Positions 48,110 to 61,530 are shown, counted from the first letter of the stretch. The stretch is DNA of 64,000 nucleotides from Scyliorhinus canicula (GCF_902713615.1 NC_052146.1:16942938-17006937), one strand, 5' to 3'. A program made the numbers and translations. The notes: generated by a model from the letters alone, not told the origin.

Positions 48110-48700
48110 AGACTTCGATGATAATAGAATGAATCATGCATGTGTGTGCTCGCCACCCTGGGAGTGTGCATAACATCCTGGCGCACTTGGAGATCCCTGG
48201 TGTCTTGGAGGACCACCCAAGGGTGGTGGTTTTACCCGCTGAGGTCATGGCTGTTGACGCCGGTGTGGAGGTCTGAGACTGAGGCAGAGATCCGATACAA
48301 GGCGTCCACATTGCCACCCGTTGTCGAACGGTGGATCAGGCTGCTGAAAACATGGTTCCAATGCCTTAATCGCTCTGGCGGTGCCTTGCAGTACACCCCC
48401 AGAGGGTCTCCCACTTTGTGGTGGTCTGCTGCACCCTCCACAACGTGGCACAGCAACGGGGCGATATACTGGAGGCGGAGGACATGCGTCCTCGCCTGAG
48501 GAGGAGGATGAGCTGGAGGAGGTGGTCCGCGAGGGGTTGGATGAGGAGTCCGAAGAGGAGCAGGAGGATGGAGGGCAGGCGGTAGCATGGACCCGACATG
48601 TCAGGAGGTCCATGGATACCCTCATCATCTCCCGATTTTCCTAGGACGTGTCCGTCAGCTCAACCCGCCCCCCACTTTCCCTCCCTCCCTACCACCCCCC
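48110..48700 (+). pseudogene. Harbinger transposase C-terminal fragment
   Basis: YPLRSWLLTPVWR..TEAEIRY...VVERWI.LLK.WFQCLNRSGGALQYTP, then an acidic tail ending LIISRFS*. Confidence 0.85.
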
Positions 48701-48752
48701 CCCCCCCCCCCCCAATTCTCAGCCATATCTGTCAGTTCTGAGGAAGAACCAT

Positions 48753-49389
48753 GGGCGGGATTCTCCGAGCCTGCGCCGTCTCGGAGAATCGGAGTTGCCG
48801 CTGAGATGGCCCCCGACGCCGGGACGCGATTCTCTGGTGACCGGAGAATCACCGCCCGCTGCGCGCGCGTGATCAACATGGGGCCGGTCGAGGGAGCAGT
48901 TGCAAGAGGCCTCCACGGCGATTCTCCATGTTCGACCGGCCTAGTTCCCGCCGGCGTGGGTCATGCTTGGTTCCACCCAGCGGGAGCTCAGCGTCGTGGC
49001 TGCGGTGACCGTCCTGGTGCGGGGTGAGGCGATCAGTCTCCGGGGGTGGCCTCCACGATGGCCAGACCCGTGATCGGGGACCACCGATCAGTGGGCGGGC
49101 GCGATTCGGGGGGGGGGGGGGGGGGGACCTAACTTCTTCCGTGCTGGCCTGCTGTGTGGGCCATGTTGCGCAAGTGTGCAAGCGGCCACCGCACGCATGC
49201 GCGGACCCGCGGCGAGCAGTGCAGGGCCGCTTACGGTAGCCGGAGCAGTGCAGAGCACTCCAGCACCGTGCTGGCCCGCTGTGGGCAACAGAAGCGTTGG
49301 GCCAAGAGGCCCGTCGACGCTGGGCGTGAAACACTCCGGTGTTTACAGCGGCGTCAACACTTAGCTGCGTTTTCAGAGAATCCCGGCCC
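48753..49389. mobile_element. Harbinger-derived MITE (GC-rich)
   Basis: TIRs GGGCGGGATTCTC / GAGAATCCCGGCCC; subterminal GCTAAGTGTTGACG (minus strand) shared with the 7293 element. Confidence 0.85.
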
Positions 49390-49818
49390 ATATTGGACTG
49401 GCCACATTAATCCTTGTTTCTCTCTGGATGCTGCCAGACCTGCTGAGTTTTCCCAGCACTTTCTGTATCAGCTCAATCATGATCTTATTGAATGTTCGGG
49501 GGCAGGTTGGAGGGGTTGAATTTGGATGCTCCCATGTAATAAAATCAATATTTAAAGGACTTGTGAAATCCCAGGCTGGGCCTTGAATAGAAAAATCCTT
49601 GGGGGGGACCTTGCACAGCGACTGGAGAAGAGCAATCCTTGGCAGCACCTCAGGCTTGTAACCCACCCCTTACTTCCCTGGACCTTCTCCCCTGCTGCCA
49701 GGGAAGTGAACCGACTTCAGGGTGGCTCTGAAACTGACGAGAGAGGCCAGCAGCAGTTCAGGAGGTGGGGCTGGGCGTGGAAGGAGGGAGGGAGGGAGGG
49801 AGCTGACGACTGAACCGG

Positions 49819-50095
49819 TATAAATTAAGTTTAACATTGCAACGCAAAACAACAAGCGACGGGAAGAGGAAGAGAGATTTTGACAGGGGTGTGTGCGAGA
49901 GACAAGGGAGAGAGAGGGTCCTGTGCCTGCTGCCTTTGCACCGATGCGATCGCCTGCAATGCATTCTGCGAGATGAATGCCTCTGAACTCCGATGCACGG
50001 GGACCCCAGCGTATTTTAGTCCTTGGAGGAAGCCCTCGGCCTGAGTCAATGGCCACCGCGGCTGAGACAGAACAGAGAAGCGCAGCGTGGTAAGT
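49819..50095 (+). promoter_or_regulatory. Candidate promoter and first exon of an unidentified plus-strand gene
   Basis: (GGGA)n upstream, TATAAAT 49819-49825, ATGG at 50049 (MATAAETEQRSAA, phase 2), consensus donor GTG|GTAAGT at 50089. Confidence 0.5.
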
Positions 50096-50299
50096 GCTAC
50101 AGCGAAAGTGTCTGGCTCTGCAAGTTTCCCAGCGTTACTCAGTCAGGGGCTGCTGTGTCTTGCCCAGGAATGGCTGGCATTCCACGGCACCTTGCGAGCT
50201 TTCCTGTCAAATGTTTGCTCCCAGCTGAACTACCAGCCCAGACCTGAGCACCATCGCTCTGCCCATGTCTTCTGGATTAAACAGCATGAACTCGTAAAC

Positions 50300-50474
50300 A
50301 TGATGTGGAGATGCCGGCGTTGGACTGGGGTGGAGCACAGTAAGAAGCCTTACAGCACCAGGTTTGTTTCGAATCACTAGCTTTCGGAGCACTGCTCCTC
50401 CCATTTCACTAGCTCCGAAAGCTAGTGATTTGAAACAAACCTGTTGGACTTTAACCTGGTCTAAGACTTCTTAC
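50300..50474. mobile_element. Second palindromic Penelope-type element (hammerhead cores partly deleted)
   Basis: GTTTGTTTCGAATCACTAGCTTTCGGAGC ... GCTCCGAAAGCTAGTGATTTGAAACAAAC inverted arms. Confidence 0.75.
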
Positions 50475-50667
50475 TTAAATCGTAAAGAACTGGCTTTCAT
50501 GTTTGGAGATATCAACAAACAGCAACTACTTATATTTATCTAGAGCGTTCAACTGAATAAACTTGTCCCGGGGTGCTTCACCTAGTGTTTGCCAAAGAAA
50601 ATTATACACTGAGCTACTTTAATGAGACATTTCATTAAAAGCACAACCCTGCAGATGCTGGAAATCA

Positions 50668-51260
50668 GTACCCAATTCATTTTCTTCCAATTAAGGGGCA
50701 ATTTAGCGTGGTCAATCCACTTAGCTTGCACATCTTGTGGGGGCGAAACCCATGCAAACACGGAGAATGTGCAAACTCCACACGGACAGTGACCCAGAGC
50801 CGGGATCGAACCTGGGATCTCGGCGTCGTGAGGCCACAGTGCCAACCCACTGCGCCACCGTGCTGCCCCTTCAGGGATATTATGACCAGTGACCAAAGTC
50901 CTGGCCAAATAAGTCACTTTTAAGGGGCACCTCAAGGGGATCAGGGGTTAGATCATAAATCATAGAATTTACAGTGTAGACGGAGGCCATTTGGCCCATC
51001 GAGTCAGCACCGACCCTTGGAAAGAGCATCCTGCACCTCCACTCTTACCCCGTAACCCGACCTAACCTTTTGGACACTAAAGAAGCAATTTATCACGGCC
51101 AATTCACCTAGCCTGCTCATCTATGTGGTGTGGGAGGTAACCGGAGCACCCGGAAGAAACCCACACAGACTCCACACAGACAGTCACCCGAGGCCGGAAT
51201 TGAACCCGGGACCCTGGAGCTGTGAGGTAGCAGTTTAACCATTGTGCCACCGTGCTGCCC
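50668..51260 (-). mobile_element. Two V-SINEs (50668-50868 and 50952-51260) within L2/CR1 debris
   Basis: Reverse-complement tRNA heads and V-domains. Confidence 0.8.
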
Positions 51261-51787
51261 TCAAAACGGTTATGGGGAGAAGGCAGGAGAATGGGGATGA
51301 GAAAAATATCGGCGATGATTGAATGGCGGAGCAGATTTGATGGGCCGAGTGGCCTAATTCTGCTCCTGTGTCCTATGGTCTGAGGAAAGTAGTAGAGAAG
51401 AGGGTTTAGGGAGGGAATTCTGGAGCGTAGGGCCTAGGTAGCTGAAGGCAGGAATTAAAATCGGGGATGTGCAAGTGGCCAGCACTGGAGGCATGCAGAG
51501 CTCTTGAAATGAAAAAAAATGAAATGAAAATCGCTTATTGTCACGAGTAGGCTTCAAATGAAGTTACTGTGAAAAGCCCCTAGTTGCCACATTCCAGCGC
51601 CTGTTCGGGTAGGCTGGTACGGGAATTGAACCGTGCTGCTGGCCTGCCTTGGTCTGCTTTAAAAGCCAGCGATTTAGCCCAGTGCTAAACCAGGGAGACT
51701 AGAGGAGGGGACAGAGCTATGTAGGGGTGAGGCAATGGAGTAATATGAAAACAAAGATGAGAATTTTAAAAGCTGGACCAGGAACCG

Positions 51788-52439
51788 GGGGCGGGATTCG
51801 CCCCCTACCTGGCGGGAAGGGGGGTCCCGGCGGGCGGAGTGGCGTGGTTTGCGCCCGTCGGCCGGCGGGAAAGGGGCTTGCCGCCACGCCAACCGGCGCT
51901 GAAGGGCCTCCGCCGGCCAGCGCGAGTCGGCCATTGCACGGGAGCGCCAGCGTGTGCTCGCGTCATCCTTGTGCATGCGCAGAAGACTTCGCTTCCGCAC
52001 CGAGAATGGGGGAGAACCACGGCCTCCTGTGCGGAAGGATAGAGTGCCCCCACGGCACAGGCCCGCCCGCGGATTGGTGGGCCCCAATCGCCAGGCCACC
52101 CGTGGGGGCACCTCCCGGGGCCAGATCCCCCCGCGCCCACCCAAGAACCCCGGAGCCCGCCCGCGCTGCCAGGTCCCACCGGTAAGGGACCTACTCTAAT
52201 TTACGCCAGCGGGACTGGCAACAAACGGGTGGGACTTTGGCCCATCGAGGGCCTGAGAATTCGCGGAGCCCCGGGGCCCATTGAGTCGCGTCGGCCCCCG
52301 CCGTTCTCCGAGGCGGGCGGCGCGACTCACGCCGGGGCAATTTTTTGGGGGGCGGGAGAATTTGGAGGACGGCAGGGGCGGGATTCACGCCGACCCCCGG
52401 CGATTCTCCGACCCAGCGGGGGGTCAGAGAATTTCGCCC
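51788..52439. mobile_element. Harbinger-derived MITE (second family)
   Basis: GGGCGGGATTCG ... GAGAATTTCGCCC imperfect TIRs; GC/CpG-rich interior. Confidence 0.75.
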
Positions 52440-52699
52440 ATGTTCTTTGCACAGTGCTGTAAAGGATCAGCATTGTCATGGAAGTGATTCATTGGAATAA
52501 GAACTCTTCCTACTTGACCATCAATGCAAGCACATTTCACATAAGAGGATTTCATGATTTTTTATTTTTTAGATTCTTTCGTGGGATGTGGGCATCGCCA
52601 GCTAAATATGGGCATTTATTGCCCATCCCTAATTGCCCAGAAATTGATTGGCATGCGAGGCTGTTTTAGAGGGCATTTCCGGATCTGAAGTCACATAGT

Positions 52700-53630
52700 C
52701 ATACACTACAGGAGGGGCATTTTGGTCCATCGATCTGCACTGCCAAAACTATCCTAAATCTACTTTCCAGAGTACCAGCCCCATTGCCTTGAATGTTACG
52801 ACATTTCAAGTACTCATCCTCGTACCTTTTAAAGGCTATGAGGTTTCCTGTATCTACCACCCTCCCAGACAGTGCACTCCAGACTCCCACCACCCTCTGG
52901 GTGAAAGCTTTTCCTCAAATCCCCTCGAAACCTCCTGCCCCTCACCGTAAAGTCATGCCCCCTTATATTTTTAATAAATTTAGAGTACCCAATTCATTTT
53001 TTCCAATGAAGGGGCAATTTAGCGTGGCCAATCCACCTCACCTGCACATCTTTAGATTATGGGCACGAAACCCACACAAACACGGGGAGAATGTGCAAAC
53101 TCCACATGGACAGTGACCCAGAGCCGGGATCGAACCTGGGACCTCGGCGCCATGAGGCAGCAGGGCTAACCCACTGCGCCACCGTGCTGCCCTGTGCCCC
53201 CTTATTATTGACCCTTCAGCTAAGGGGAACAGCTGCTTCCTATCCACCCTGTCCATTCCCCTTATAATCTTATACACCTCAGTTAGGTTCCCCCTCGGCC
53301 TCCTCTGCTCCGACGAAAACATCCCCAGCCTAACCAGCCTCTCTTCAGAGCTGAATAGCTCCATCCCAGGCAGCGACCTGGTGAATCTCCTCTGCACCCT
53401 CTCCAGTGCAATCACATCCTTCATGTGTACCAAGGTACAGTGGAAAGTATTGTTCTGTGTACAGGCGGCCAGAACTGCACACAGAACTCAAGCTGTGGCC
53501 GAACCAAAGTTTTGTCCAGCTCCAACACAACCTCCTTGCTCTTATAATCTATGCCATGACTGATAAAGACAAGTATCCCCTCTGCCTTCTTAACTACCCT
53601 ATTAACCTGTCCTGCCAGCTTCAGGGATCT
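52700..53630 (-). mobile_element. CR1 3' fragment with a V-SINE insert (about 52968-53192)
   Basis: KDVIALERVQRRFTRSLPGM...; TGCCCCCTTAT duplicated around the SINE. Confidence 0.85.
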
Positions 53631-53850
53631 GTGGGTCAGATCAGGTAAGGACGGCAGATTTCTTTCCCTTCAGGGCATTAGTGAACCAGATGGGTTTTTA
53701 TGAAAATTGGCAATGGTTTGCTGGTCATTATTAGACTTCTACATGTATTCAAATTTCACCATCTGCGGTGGTAGGACTCCCATCCATGTCCCCAGAGCAT
53801 TACCCTGGGTTGCTGGATTACTAGTCCAGTGACTACACCACTACCACCCC
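53630..53850 (-). mobile_element. Deu-domain SINE fragment
   Basis: CAGGTAAGGACGGCAGATTTC...CATTAGTGAACCAGATGGG, shared with 5960-6020. Confidence 0.7.
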
Positions 53851-54899
53851 GAATTTTCACACTTTTGTCACGTACTGCTGTCATTGAAGTGACGTGATGA
53901 CTTTTTCTCCAAATTTTACTTTAAATACTTCAGGAGATGCCCATGGATCGACACAATTAGTTGACAACAATTCCTTCTCTCTACCATGGATAACAATTTG
54001 TTGACCCCAAATTCTCCAATCCCCACCCCACCCCTCCCATTGAGATGGTGGACCACCCCCACAAGTTTCAGGGTGACCCCCCCCCAGCATGGAAATATTG
54101 GGGGCACTCTTTCCCCCTCCTCACCCCAACCCCCCCCCCCCCCCTCAGCACTGTCATAGGAACTCTCTCCCCTTTTTCCCCCCCCACACATTAGGGGGAA
54201 CCCCCCTCCCCCAGTGGGGGGAGGGTTATGCTTTGGCAGTGCCAGGGGGCACTGCCTACCCTTGGCCCTACCCACCCCGGGCCTCCAGGCACCTCCGCAT
54301 CCGCATCCCCCACGTAATCAATATGATTGATTTTTGCTTTTGAAAGCCAATAGTGATTCACGCTGGTGTGATATGCTGCCCGGGGTGAGTGGGGACGATA
54401 CACCATGGGCGAACGCTACGGCATATAGCCGTTTAAGTACATTTAAATTTATTAAAATTAATGGAAACCAGGATACGCTGTTTAGTGGAGCATTCGCAAA
54501 CAGAATTTGACACTGAGGCCTAAAATGGAGATATTGAGAGAGGTGACCAAAAGCGTGTAACGCTCAAAAAGGGTAGTTTCAAGGAATGTTGTGGGGACAG
54601 AGATGTTAAGGAGGGGATTCTGCTGCTGTGGACATTTAACGCTGACTTGTTTACAACACAACAGTCATGTCAAAGCCAGGATTACTGCAGGAGGGAGCTC
54701 TATGATGTGAAATGTAACATTCTACATTCTTCACACCCTTTCTCATTCCATGCCCCCAAAAATGTAATTGTCACCGTGCCTGATCTCACCTCCTTTCTGG
54801 TAAAACAACACAAAAACCCAGGTTTCCAGTTGCTGCTGGCTTCCTCCAGCAGTAATCCTGGCTTCGGCATGACTGTTGTGATGTAAACAAGGCAGTGTT

Positions 54900-55120
54900 G
54901 GGCGGCCCGCGGCACCGTGGTTAGCACTGCTGCTTACGGCGTTGAGGACCCGGGTTCGAATCCTGTCCCTGGGTCACTGTCCATGTGGAGTTTTCACATT
55001 TCTCCCCGTGTCTGCGTGGGTTTCATCCCCACAACACAAAGATGTGCAGGTTAGTTGGATTGGCCACGCTAAATTGCCCCTTAATTGGGAAAAAATAATT
55101 GGTTACTCTAAATTTAAAAA
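54900..55120 (+). mobile_element. V-SINE, short-tail subfamily
   Basis: tRNA head plus V-domain. Confidence 0.8.
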
Positions 55121-55602
55121 AGAACAAAGCAGCGTTAAATGTCAACAGCAGCAGAATCGTCCCCCTCAACATCTCTGTTCCCGCAGCATTCCTTAAAACT
55201 TCCCTTTTTGAGCGTTACACACTTTTGGTCATCTCTCTCAATGTCTCCATTTTAAGCCTCGACGTCAAACTTGCTTTGATCATGCTCCGGGACACTTTGC
55301 AATGTCAAAGACACTACAGCAATGCAAGTTGTTGTTGTTGTAGACGCAGTACCACACCGATAGCCCCAATCTGGGACCCGTGGAATTTCTCCTCCCTTCC
55401 ATTTCCCACCTATATTGTTGGAATTTTGTAAATAAGTTTTTTTTTGCATGAGTATTCTGAAACGTTGCCACTCTCCTCCCGATGAAATGTTTTCAACATT
55501 TCAGTGTGGAGGGTACTTTATTCTACTGAAGACAATCAAGTCTGTTTGCATTTGCTATATTGGAGTATACTGATCTTACTGTATTAGACTGAAGGACTCT
55601 GT

Positions 55603-58600
55603 ATAGAACGTAGTACAGCACACAACAGGCCCTTCGGCCCTCGATGTTGTGCCGAGCTTTGTCCGAAACCAAGATCAAGCTATCCCACTCCCTGTCATTG
55701 TGGTGTGCTCCATGTGCCTAGCCAATAACCGCTTGAAAGTTCCCAAAGTGTCCAACTCCACTATCACAGCAGGCAGTCCATTCCATACCCTAACTACTCT
55801 CTGTGTAAAGAACCTACCTCGGACATCCCTCCTATATCTCCCACCCTGAATCTTATAGTTATGCCCCCTTGTAACAGCTACATCCATCTGAGGAAATAGT
55901 CTCTGAACGTCCACTCTATCAATTCCCCTCATCATCTTATAAACCTCTATTAAGTCGCCTCTCATCCTCTTCAGTTCCAAAGAGAAAAGCCCTCGCTCCC
56001 TCAACCTTTCCTCATAAGACCTATCCTCCAAACCAGGCAGCATCCTGGTAAATCTCCTTTGCACCCTTTCCAATGCTTCCACATTCTTCCTATAGTGAGG
56101 TGACCAGAACTGCTCACAATATTCCAAATGTGGTCGCACCAGGGTCATGTACAGTTGCAGCACAACCCCACGGCTCTTAAACTCAAGCCCCCTGTTAATA
56201 AACGCTGACACACTATAAGCCTTCTTCACGGCTCTATCCACTTGAGTGGCAACCTTCTGTGGACATGAACCCCAAGATTTCTCTGTTCCTCCACATTCCG
56301 CAGAACCCTGCTGTTGACCCTGTAATCCGCATTCAAATTATTTCTGCCAAAATGAATCACCTCGCACTAATCAGGGTTAAACTCCATCTGCCATTTTTCG
56401 GCCCAGCTCTGCATCCTATCAATGTCTCTTTGCAGCCTACAACAGCCCTCCACCTCATCCACTACTCCACCAATCTTGGTGTCATCAGCAAATTTACTGA
56501 CCCACCCTTCAGCCCCCTCCTCCAAGTCGTTGGTGAAAATCACAAATAGCAGAGGATCCAGCACTGATCCCTGTGGTACACCGCTGATAACTGGTCTCCA
56601 GTCTGAAAATTTTCCATCCACCACCACCCTCTGTCTTCTATGTGATAGCCAGTTACTTATCCAATTGGCCAAATTTCCCTCTATCCCACACCTCCTTACT
56701 TTCTTCATGAGCCGACCATGGGGAACCTTATCAAACGCCTTTCTAAAATCCATGTATACGAACGACATCAACTGCTCTACCTTCATCTACACACTTAGTT
56801 ACCTCCTCAAAGAATTCAATCAAATTTGTGAGGCAAGACTTACCCTTCACAAATCCGTGTTGACTATGACGATTAAGCTGCATCTTTCCAAATTGTCATA
56901 AATCCTATCCTTCAGGACCTTTTCCTTTAACTTACCGACCACCAAAGTAACTAACCGGCCTATAATTACCAGGGTCATTCCTATTCCCTTTCTTGAACAG
57001 AGGAACAACATTCGTCCAGTCCTCTGGCACTATCCCCGTGGACAGTGAGGACCCAAAGATCAAAGCCAAAAGCTCTGTAATCTCATCCCTTGCCTCCCAA
57101 AGAATCCTAGGATATATCCCATCCGGCCCAGGGGTCTTGTCGACCCTAAGGTTTTTCAAAATTGCTAATACATCCTCCCTCAGAACATCTACCTCCAGCC
57201 TACCCGCCTCTCAGCCTCAAAAACATGGCCCCTCTCCTTGGTGAACACTGAAGAAAAGTATTAATTCAACGCCTCTCCTATCGCTTCTGACTCCATGCAC
57301 AAGTTCCCACTACTGTCCTTGACTGGCCCTAACCTCACCCTGGTCATTCTTTTATTTTCCACATAAGAATAAAAAGCCTTGGGGTTTTCCTTGATCCGAC
57401 CCGCCAAGGACTTCTCATGCCCCCTCCTAGCTCTCCTAAGCCCTTTTTTTTAGTTCATTCTTGCAACTTGTAACCCTCAAGCGACCCAACTGAACCTTGT
57501 TTTCTCATCCTTACATACATAGAACATAGAACAGTACAGCACAGAACAGGCCCTTCGGCCCTCAATGTTGTGCCGAGCCATGATCACCCTACTCAAACCC
57601 ACGTATCCACCCTATACCCGTAACCCAACAACCCCCCCTTAACCTTACTTTTATTAGGACACTACGGGCAATTTAGCATGGCCAATCCACCTAACCCGCA
57701 CATCTTTGGACTGTGGGAGGAAACCGGAGCACCCGGAGGAAACCCACGCACACAGGGGGAGGACGTGCAGACTCCACACAGACAGTGACCCAGCCGGGAA
57801 TCGAACCTGGGACCCTGGAGCTGTGAAGCATTTATGCTAACCACCATGCTACCCTGCTGCCCCCTGCTACACTCCCTTTTTCCTCTTGACAAGACATTCA
57901 ACCTCTTTTGTGAACCATGGTTCCCTCACACGGTCATTTCCTCCCTGCCCGACAGGGACATACCTATCAAGGACATGCAGTATTTGTTCCTTGAAGAAGC
58001 TCCACTTTTCATTTGTGCCTTTCCCTGACGGTTTCTATTCCCATCTTATGCTCCCTAATTCTTGCCTAATCGCATCATAATTACCCCTCCCCCCAATTAT
58101 AAACCTTGCCCTGCCATATGGCTCTATCCCTCTCCATTGCAATAGTGAAAGACACCGAATTGTGGTCACTATCTCCAAAGTGCTTTCCCACAAACAAATC
58201 TAACACTTGGCCCGGTTCATTACCCAGTACCAAATCCAATGTGGCCCCCCCTCTTGTCGGCCTATCCACATATTGTGTCAGGAAACCCTCCTGCACACAC
58301 TGTACAAAAACTGCCCCATCCGAACTGTTTGACCTATATAGGTTCCAATCAATATTTGGAAAGTTAAAGTCACCCATGATAACTACCCTGAGACCTCCAC
58401 ACCTATCCATAATCTGTTTTGCAATTTCTTCCTCCACACCTCTATTACTATTTGGGGGTCTATAGAAAACGCCTAACAATGTGACCGCTCCTTTCCTATT
58501 TCTAACTTCAGCCCATATTACCTCAGTAGGTAGATCCCCCTCGAACTGCCTTTCTGCAGCCGTTAAACTATCCTTGATTAACAATGCCGCTCCTCCACCT

Positions 58601-58970
58601 CTTTTACCACCTTCCTGACTCTTACTGAAACATCTATACCCTGGAACTTCCAACAACCATTCCTGCCCTGTTCTAACCATATCTCCGTAATGGCCACAAC
58701 ATCGTAGTCCCAAGTACAAATCCACGCTCCCAAGTTCACCTACCTTATTCCGGATGCACCTTGCATTGAAGTAGACACACTTCAACCCACCTTCCTGTCT
58801 GCCGGTTCATTCCTGCGACCTTGATACCCTCCTCAGTACCTCACTACTCTCAACACTGGCTTCTGGACTACAGCTCATTTTCCCATCCCTCTGACAAATT
58901 AGTTTAAACCCCCCTGAAGAGCCATAGCAAATTTCCCTCCCAGGTGCCCCTCTGGTTCAGGTGCAAACCG
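55603..58970 (-). mobile_element. Long CR1 LINE: end of ORF1 plus nearly complete ORF2 (APE endonuclease + RT), frameshifted; young V-SINE at 57517-57862
   Basis: EN: YFNAR.IRNK, GVFYRPPNS, IMGDFNFP, LDLVLGNE, GDSDHNSV. RT: [37 protein letters not shown]. Confidence 0.95.
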
Positions 58971-59214
58971 TATAGACTTCAAACTGGAGCATTCAAATCA
59001 CCAGCTATAAGAAGAGAGTTTTTTTCTTTAAAATTGTCAGGATTGTTTTTCTCTCGCTCACGAATATCATAAAATTATAGTTGAATAATGGATGCATTTG
59101 GCTCCATCCCCAAGGCCCCATTGTATGAATGTAGACAGCGATTGTCAGAAAACTATTTGCCTGAGGAGAGCATCACAGTTAGAACCATAGGATTCCTGCA
59201 GTGCAGAAGGAGGC

Positions 59215-60338
59215 ACCTTGTCAGACTGGTACAAAAGGTGAAGTCACACAGTATCAGAAGTGAGGTGGCAGGATGGATACAGAACTGGTTCAGTCACAAA
59301 AGGCAGAGGATAGCAGCAGAAGGATGTTTTTCTGAATGGAAGGTTGTGACTAGTTTTGTTCCACAGGGATCAGTGCTGGGGCTTCTGTTGTTTGTAGTGT
59401 ACAAAAACGATTTGGAGGAAAATGTAGCTGGTCCGATTAGTAAGTTCACGGATGACAACAAGGTTGGTGGAGCGGCAGATAGTGTTGAGGATTGTCAGAG
59501 GATACAGCAGGACATGGATAGGTTGGAGACCTGGGCAGACAAATGGCAAATTGAGTTTAATCTGGACAAATGTGAGGTAATGCATTTTGGAAGATCTAAA
59601 ATAGAGGGGAAAAATACTGTAAATGGCAAATCTCTTAGGAATATAGAAAACCAGAGAGATCTGGGCAGGTCCACAGATCTTTAAAAGTGGCAACACAAGT
59701 GGACAAGGTAGTCAAGAAAGCAAACGGAATGCTTGCCTTCATTGGATGGGGCATTTGGTACAAAAATTGGCAAGTCATGTTACAGTTGTATAGAACCTTG
59801 GTGAGGCCACACTTGGAATATTGCGCACAATTCTGGCCGCCACACTACCAGAAGGATATGGAGGCTTTGGAGAGGGTGCAGAGGAGGTTTACCAGGATGT
59901 TGCCTGGTCTGGAGGGCGTTAGCTATGTGGAGAGGCTCCATAGACTTGGACTGTTTTCATTAGGACGTCGGAGGTGGCCTGATAGAGGTCTACAAGATTA
60001 TGGGGCATAGGGTGGATGGGCAGGCACTCTTTCCCAGGGTGGAGGGGTCAGTCACCAGGGGGCATAGGTTTAAGGTCCATGGGGCAAAGTTTAGAGGAGA
60101 TGTGCGAAGCAGGTTTTTTTACACAGACGGTGGTGAGTGCCTGGAACGCGTTCCCAGGGGAGGTTGTGGAAGCAGATACATTAACGGCGTTCAAAAGGCA
60201 TTGCGACAAAAAAATGGATAGGATGGGTATCGAGGGATACAACACTAAGAAGTGCTGAGGGTTTTGGCCACGGGTGGTATCATGACCGGTACAGGCTTGG
60301 AGGGCCGAAGGGCCTGTTCCTGTGCTGTATTGTTCTTT
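59215..60338 (+). mobile_element. CR1 LINE RT/3' fragment
   Basis: VPQGSVLGLLLF..KFTDDNK; [19 protein letters not shown]; CR1 tail. Confidence 0.9.
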
Positions 60339-60614
60339 GAGGCCATTTGGTCCATTGAGTCTGCACCAACCCTCAGAAAGAGCACCCTACCTAGGCCCAA
60401 TCCCCCACCCTATCCCCATAACCCCACCTAACTTGCACATCTTTGGACACTAAGGGGCAATTTAACATGGCCAAACCACCTAACCTGCACATCTTTGGAC
60501 TGATCCTGCCGCCATGCCACATTATACATAAGCACTTGTTCTGTAAGACCACCGAAACATCTTAGTAATTTGGGTTCGGTGATTAAATCAGCAATGTTGA
60601 GGCCAGCTATAATA

Positions 60615-60830
60615 ATTACTGCGAATGTTGGAATCTGAAACACAAACAGAAAATACTGGACAATCTCAGCAGGTCTGCACACATTTTTATCTCTGTTATG
60701 TGCAACTGTCAGCCCCTTCTTAGCCTTAATCACCCCCATTTATATTCCTTTTGTCTTCTGTCCTCGATATCATTTCCAGTTCTCTCCAGTTTTGACAAAG
60801 AGCCAGCCAGACTCGAAACGTCAGCTCCCT
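60615..60830. mobile_element. Penelope-associated repeat fragments with a degenerate hammerhead motif (about 60788-60826)
   Basis: AGTT-TTGACAA-AGAG..ACTC-GAAA-CG-TC-AGCT; CAGACCTGCTGAG..TCCAG motif family also at about 1240, 36195 and 49430. Confidence 0.45.
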
Positions 60831-61224
60831 TCTCAAACTCCACACGGACAGTGACCTGGGGCAGGGATCGAACCCGGGTCCTCGGCGCCAATAGGCAGCA
60901 GTGCTAACCACTGCACCGCCCACCCATTACCAGTTCTTAACACATGTTAAATGTTCAACTTGTAAGAGTAAAACAAGTACAGGGGATGACATAAAATTTA
61001 TAGAACAAAAACAGGCTATTCAGGCTAAATGGTCAATTCCGATATCTATGTTCCTCATGAGCCTTCTCCCATCCCAACAACAAATCCTTTCATTTATTTC
61101 TGCCTTATGTACTGTTCTATTTGCCCCGTAAATACATTTGTGCTATTTACGTCACCTGCTCCAGTCAAAAACAAACTGACCACCTTTCCCAGTGGCTGGC
61201 TGTGGTTTACTCAACACATTCCAT

Positions 61225-61530
61225 GCGGTAGCACAGTGGCTAGCACGGTTGCGTCACAACTCCAGGGTCCCAAGTTCGATTCGCGGCTTGGGTCACTGTC
61301 TGTGCGGAGTCCGCACGTTCTCCCCATGGCTGCGTGGGTTTCCTCCGGGTGCTCCGGTTTCCTCCCACAAGTCCCGAAAGACGTGCTTGTTAGGTGAATT
61401 GGACATTCTGAATTCTCCCTCGGCATACCCGAACAGGCGCCGGAATGTGGCCACTAGGGGCTTTTCACAGTAACTTCATTGCAGTGTTAATGTAAGCCTA
61501 CTTGTGACAATAAAGATTATTATTATTATA
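61225..61530 (+). mobile_element. V-SINE with (ATT)n tail
   Basis: Same subfamily as 28352-28662. Confidence 0.85.

Noticed and set aside
55252-55471. Short minus-strand ORFs in unique-looking sequence
   Set aside because: No recognisable homology or convincing splice-site pair.
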